Source of the DNA: an uncultured Lachnospiraceae bacterium
GTDB taxonomy: Bacteria > Bacillota > Clostridia > Oscillospirales > CAG-272
DNA: 30,986 nucleotides
Reading direction: 5' to 3'
Assembly (NCBI GenBank): GCA_964520875.1
Contig: CAZFQJ010000001.1
Coordinates: forward strand, 1 to 30,986
The position numbers were made by a program, and so were the translations under genes. The notes under the pieces were generated by a model. That model searched no databases, was not told where the DNA came from, and saw nothing but the letters and a program-made list of their open reading frames with translations. Positions 26,797 to 30,986 of the stretch are shown one piece after another (position 1 is the first letter of the stretch; every line of letters begins with the position of its first letter).

Positions 26797-29538
26797 TCAA
26801 AGGTTTATGTTTATGCCGAGTATCGAAGCGAGAGCCTTAAGCTCGTTCTTAAGCTTCTCGCCGTCGCTTGACGCATGCTTACTGCAGTAGTCGGCGCACG
26901 CGTCCTTTATCTCTTCTATTTCGCTTTCGCTTATCTTATGATGACCGTCCTTTTCAAGTCCGAACGGGTCAAATGTCAGATTTTCGCTGTCAAGTATACT
27001 GCGTACCGCCGTGCTCGACATGATAAGCTCCACCATGTCGTCCGCCGTGCAGCCGAGTCTGCCATCTTCACCGAACAATTTGGTTCCGTTTCCGCTCTTG
27101 GCGGTGAGCGCTATATCTATCACGTGCTTTACCGCGCCCGCCTCGGACTCTATACTTTTTTCATCGGCGAACTTTCCTATCTCGGTAAGAAGATCCTTTA
27201 TGAGCGAAGTCGCCGCGTCAAGCTTTTCCTCCGGTATACCCAGATTTCCGAAACGGTTACCCGTTATAAATCCGCTGAGCGCTTCGACGTTGGCTTCGGT
27301 AAGAGAGGATATGAGAGTCTTTGTCAGTTCGATATCTATCGTCAGAGAGCCTTCCTTTGCGATAGACTCAACAAGATCCACTATGCTCGAAACTCCGTTC
27401 ATAAGCTCGCCGTAGGTAAGTCCGTCGGAACCGGAAAGTCCGTCGATTATACCCTGCTTCTCTTCGTCGGTGATTATATCTCCGATCTTCTCGGAATTAA
27501 GGATAGCATTAAACAATTCGTCGGTCTTTTCTTTTCCGAAGCTCTCGGTATTAGAAAGCTTATCAAGAACCTCTCCGACGCCCTTTATAATGTCTCCGGT
27601 CGACGTGGAGGACGAGCCGCCGTCACCGTCATCGGAATCGTTATCATCGTTTCCGCCGAGGAATCCCGAAACAAGTCCCATTATCTGCTCAAGCGCTTCG
27701 GCTTCGTTTTGGATATCCTCTTCGGTGTAATCTCCGTAGTTCGAATTCTCGCCGTTTCCGAAAAGTCCGGATATCGTGGTTACATTAAAATATTCGCCGG
27801 CAGACTGACCGTTTCTGAGTCCGGCAAGCTTTCCGGAATCCTCTCCGTCATCGCCCGAACTGCCGTGTTCTCTTCCGAGCTCCGCCGCGGACGAACCGGA
27901 CGCACCGCCGTTGCCATAGCCGTTTTGGTACTTGTAATACTGATACTCTTTTTCGCCGTCTTCGTCGTTACCGTCGCCGAGCTTTACGAACAACGCTCCG
28001 CCGCCGTAAGCGATATCTCCCGTTCCTTCTTCGCCCGCGGCGTCAAGATGATCGGAATATATCTCAAAGAATTCCGATACGAACGCAGGATCTATCACCA
28101 CTTCCGAATCGCCGAAGTCTTTTACGAGAGCCTCCGCTACCGCGCTGACGTACTCCGCTTTGACATCAAGTCCAACCTTCGTAAATTCGGTCTCAAGCGT
28201 ATCTTCGACTATCGCTATCTTTTCGCTTTCGGAAGCCTCGCCGTTTCTGAGCTCGTTCAGCGTACCCGCGATATTCGAAAGCATTTCCGTGTATACGGCT
28301 TCGTCGTTTTCCGGAATACCCAAGCTCTGAGCAAGTATCTTTACGGAAAGATTGGTAAGCTCGGGAATGAGCACCTTCATTCTGTCGTTGCTTCCGAGTA
28401 TACGGGCAATGTCCGTTATGACTCCCTCTTTCGAGATAGCCTTTACGAGCTGCTCGGTATCTCCCATGGATTTCATAACGTCGGTCGTTATGAGCTTCGA
28501 CATGAGCTTTGTGAGAGTCTGTATGTCCTCATTAAAAGTGCCTGTACCCTTTGAGCCTTCGTAGAGTATATCGATTATCTTATCGAACATGACTCCGGTC
28601 ATCTCGTCGGATTGGGGCTTTTCAACTCCGGCAAACGCTTCCCCATTCTTCCATGCGCCGGTAGCGCCGTGAACAAGCTCCGAAGCGATAAGGGAAACTA
28701 TATCCGAATCCTTTACGGACTCTCCGAGCGCTTCTATCGCTTCCGCTTCCTCTGAGGTGTATTCGCTCGGCTGCTTTCCGGAGATATCCTTAATCTCCGA
28801 AACGAGCTTCAGTATCGCGTCTATCTCGCGATCAAGCTTGACCTTTACCTTTTCACCGCCGTTATCGACCGAATAATCGGTAAACGCGGAGCATACGAGC
28901 TTTCCGCCAGCGGTACGGAAGACCGCGACTGCGGGAGACTTATTTACCGAATCCGCCTGCGCGCTTACCTCCGCAAGGATATCCGAGCTTCCGTCATCGC
29001 TTCCGACGGGAATATTGTCGGTTATCTTCGGGAGTATGGAAAAATACGTGGATATCGGAACGAGAAGCACCGCTACGCATATAGCGCCCTGTACGAGTCC
29101 GTGTATAAGGCACGGAACTCCCTTGAACTTTCTCGTTTTTTCCTTACGGTGTATGACGACGAACAATGCAAGCGTCACGATAAAGTACAGTACCCAAGTC
29201 ACGAGACTCAGCACCGCAAACAATATGAAGAATATCATCGGAGCAAGCAGAGCGCCGCCTGTTTTGAGCACTATCTCTTCGATGACGGGCGAGATCTCGG
29301 CAAGCTCGTTTATAAACTCCATGCCGTTATTGCTCGCGAAATCGTGAAGCGTAGCTCTGAGGCTCTCGTTTGCCACCATGTTCTTTACGACGAGAGTGGC
29401 TATGAAAGCGATCACCGCGGACGCTATCACCGTAAACAATCTGATCCTCGAACGCGTGACCCCTCTTATGCGTGCCCATACCACGCAAACGAGCAGATAC
29501 GCCGCTATTCCGACGGTCAATATCAATCCTGCAGACAT
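26797..29538 (-). CDS. Large hypothetical membrane-anchored protein; CvpA-like N-terminal TM region and acidic helical body
   Basis: 913 aa; GAAAGGA RBS; about four N-terminal hydrophobic helices with an RG motif after TM1; own promoter and terminator. Confidence 0.8.
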   Translation of the reverse strand: MSAGLILTVGIAAYLLVCVVWARIRGVTRSRIRLFTVIASAVIAFIATLVVKNMVANESLRATLHDFASNNGMEFINELAEISPVIEEIVLKTGGALLAPMIFFILFAVLSLVTWVLYFIVTLALFVVIHRKEKTRKFKGVPCLIHGLVQGAICVAVLLVPISTYFSILPKITDNIPVGSDDGSSDILAEVSAQADSVNKSPAVAVFRTAGGKLVCSAFTDYSVDNGGEKVKVKLDREIDAILKLVSEIKDISGKQPSEYTSEEAEAIEALGESVKDSDIVSLIASELVHGATGAWKNGEAFAGVEKPQSDEMTGVMFDKIIDILYEGSKGTGTFNEDIQTLTKLMSKLITTDVMKSMGDTEQLVKAISKEGVITDIARILGSNDRMKVLIPELTNLSVKILAQSLGIPENDEAVYTEMLSNIAGTLNELRNGEASESEKIAIVEDTLETEFTKVGLDVKAEYVSAVAEALVKDFGDSEVVIDPAFVSEFFEIYSDHLDAAGEEGTGDIAYGGGALFVKLGDGNDEDGEKEYQYYKYQNGYGNGGASGSSAAELGREHGSSGDDGEDSGKLAGLRNGQSAGEYFNVTTISGLFGNGENSNYGDYTEEDIQNEAEALEQIMGLVSGFLGGNDDNDSDDGDGGSSSTSTGDIIKGVGEVLDKLSNTESFGKEKTDELFNAILNSEKIGDIITDEEKQGIIDGLSGSDGLTYGELMNGVSSIVDLVESIAKEGSLTIDIELTKTLISSLTEANVEALSGFITGNRFGNLGIPEEKLDAATSLIKDLLTEIGKFADEKSIESEAGAVKHVIDIALTAKSGNGTKLFGEDGRLGCTADDMVELIMSSTAVRSILDSENLTFDPFGLEKDGHHKISESEIEEIKDACADYCSKHASSDGEKLKNELKALASILGININL

Positions 29539-29700
29539 GTTACCATTCCTTTCGTTAAGGACCTGCCATATCGGTCCGATTGTAATAATTGGTTGATCTC
29601 AAAAGCGGATAGCCGGAAAGCGTCAAGATCTCCGGCGTCGTGTATGTATGGTCTCGGAATACCGCGCAAGTCGCACTACGCCGATTTTCCGATTCCGCCT
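29539..29700 (-). ncRNA. Candidate structured 5' leader (unassigned cis-regulatory RNA)
   Basis: About 160-nt UTR with nested stems P1 GCGGA/UCCGC, P2 UCGGAA/UUCCGA and P3 GCCGGAGA/UUUCCGGC. No known family recognised. Confidence 0.5.
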
Positions 29701-29702
29701 TC

Positions 29703-29731
29703 ATTATAACACTTCTCTCATATTTTGTCAA
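29703..29731 (-). promoter_or_regulatory. Consensus sigma-A promoter for the 913-aa gene
   Basis: TTGACA-17 nt-TATAAT, a perfect match. Confidence 0.85.
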
Positions 29732-29838
29732 TATATTTTTGCATTTTTTTGAATGCGGCGACCGATTTCGGAGCGGTTTCGACCGAAAAACGTATGTATT
29801 GCCTTGAAAAAAACTTTTTATTAATTTTCATTTTCGCC

Positions 29839-29867
29839 TTGAAAAAATCCTTACCTTATGCTACAAT
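29839..29867 (+). promoter_or_regulatory. Sigma-A promoter for the MBL-fold gene
   Basis: TTGAAA-17 nt-TACAAT with a TGn extension. Confidence 0.7.
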
Positions 29868-29901
29868 ATATTCAGTTACTTATCGGGAGGTCATTTTTCT
29901 G

Positions 29902-30825
29902 ATGAATGAATTTAAGGAAATAAAACCGAATATCTACCACCTCGTTCCGAGCTCGTCCGATTTCGGAGACGCGGTAACTCTCGTCATCGGAAAAAGCAAC
30001 TTCTTAATAAACTGCGGAGCGCACGACTCATCTGTGACCGACGTGATCGTTCCGGCACTCAAAGCTATCGGACTCGCGCCGAAGGATATAGAATACGCGG
30101 TATTCACGCATTGCTCTATCGAAACGCTCGGCGGTCTGCACAGATTAAAGCAGATAGCTCCGGACATACGAGTGCTCGCCTCGGAGGATCAGATAAGAAA
30201 GATTAAAAACCCCACATATTATATAGCGGAGCTTTGCTCGGTATTTCCCGATAATTCGCCTCCGTTCAGAGAGATAAAGGGCGTTCTTGCCGACGCACGT
30301 ATAAATCCGGACGACGCGATATTCAAGGAGCTGCGCCCGCTCGCTCCGATAAAGAACCAGACCGAACACATATGCTGGTATCACGTCGAAAGCGAGACGC
30401 TCATATGCGGAGACATGGTCCAAGGCGACGGCACGCCGGAGACGGGAGTTGCCTTTTTCAGAGACCTAAGAGAATATCGCGGAACTCTCAAATATCTTTC
30501 CAGCCTTCAGATATCCGCCATGCTGATAAGCCGTAACTATAAAGACGCGTGCGCCGTCACCTACGACCGCACTCTTGATCCGGAAAACGCAGGCGACCCG
30601 AACGCCGTAAACGAATGTCTGCAAGCAATAGAAGCAAGCCTCGAACACGTAAAAGGTTACGTAGCGGCGGTGGAGGAGTATGTAAAGCTCTGCCGAAAAA
30701 AGCACGAGCAGCCGTCCGTCGAAAAATTTACGCCGAGTTATTTCTCGGGCAAAGCCGCTCCGACGTGCCTCGGATACGCTATGCTCACCTTTAATTCTAT
30801 TTTTGAACATTTCGGACATTCATAA
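29902..30825 (+). CDS. Metallo-beta-lactamase fold protein with degenerate metal-binding motifs
   Basis: GGGAGG RBS; FLINCG, VFTHCSIETLGG and LICGD align to MBL motifs 1, 2 and 4. Confidence 0.75.
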   Translation: MNEFKEIKPNIYHLVPSSSDFGDAVTLVIGKSNFLINCGAHDSSVTDVIVPALKAIGLAPKDIEYAVFTHCSIETLGGLHRLKQIAPDIRVLASEDQIRKIKNPTYYIAELCSVFPDNSPPFREIKGVLADARINPDDAIFKELRPLAPIKNQTEHICWYHVESETLICGDMVQGDGTPETGVAFFRDLREYRGTLKYLSSLQISAMLISRNYKDACAVTYDRTLDPENAGDPNAVNECLQAIEASLEHVKGYVAAVEEYVKLCRKKHEQPSVEKFTPSYFSGKAAPTCLGYAMLTFNSIFEHFGHS

Positions 30826-30850
30826 GTTCTTTTTTTACATCACATTACTC

Positions 30851-30879
30851 TTGATTTATCGGAATTTATGTGGTATAAT
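30851..30879 (+). promoter_or_regulatory. Sigma-A promoter for the tRNA
   Basis: TTGATT-17 nt-TATAAT with a TGn extension. Confidence 0.75.
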
Positions 30880-30932
30880 CTTGAATGTTGATAAGTTAGT
30901 TCAGCTTCAATACCTTGATCGGTATTGAATAT

Positions 30933-30986
30933 GTACCTTTAGCTCAGTTGGTAGAGCAACTGACTCTTAATCAGTGGGTCCAGGGT
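30933..30986 (+). tRNA. tRNA-Lys (anticodon CTT), truncated by the window end
   Basis: GTACCTT-TA-GCTC-AGTTGGTA-GAGC-A-ACTGA-CTCTTAA-TCAGT-GGGTC-CAGGG-T. Confidence 0.93.

Noticed and set aside
26875-28554. 559-aa plus-strand ORF antisense to the 913-aa gene
   Set aside because: Shadow ORF: R/Y/S-rich with no motifs and no RBS; explained by scarce TTA/CTA/TCA codons in the sense gene.
29580-29700. yybP-ykoY (Mn2+) riboswitch match suggested by AAGGCGGAAU...GAGACC
   Set aside because: The enclosed segment is too short for the four-way junction and lacks the conserved L3 loop.
1-30986. CRISPR arrays, prophage or IS genes, and stop- or sense-codon reassignment
   Set aside because: No spaced direct repeats, integrase or transposase seen; conserved genes translate intact with expected residues under code 11.

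Overview
About 31 kb of chromosomal, mostly housekeeping DNA from a Firmicute (Clostridia-like; sigma-A type promoters, GerA/SpoVAF gene, rplU-prp-rpmA operon). In order: start of a V-type ATPase operon; araC-malic enzyme-aminotransferase cluster; SpoVAF/GerA gene; lnt; rplU-prp-rpmA; polar amino-acid ABC transporter; an XRE regulator divergent from a DUF4190-like membrane gene and an Lgt variant; GH38 alpha-mannosidase; mntR; a membrane protein; metA; PBP1A; CPBP-tadA-DAHP synthase-radical SAM; M23/G5 lipoprotein; TIGR01212-like radical SAM; a 913-aa unknown protein; a degenerate MBL-fold protein; and a truncated tRNA-Lys(CTT). I found no CRISPR array, integrase, transposase or phage gene. 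The best leads are: (1) a 160-nt structured leader (three-way junction plus possible pseudoknot) between a perfect sigma-A promoter and the 913-aa gene; (2) the XRE/operator/DUF4190/Cys-variant Lgt cassette; (3) an lnt with an intact catalytic triad in a monoderm; (4) a REP-like double hairpin; (5) an MBL-fold pseudoenzyme. All family calls come from motif recognition by eye. No database searches or folding programs were run.
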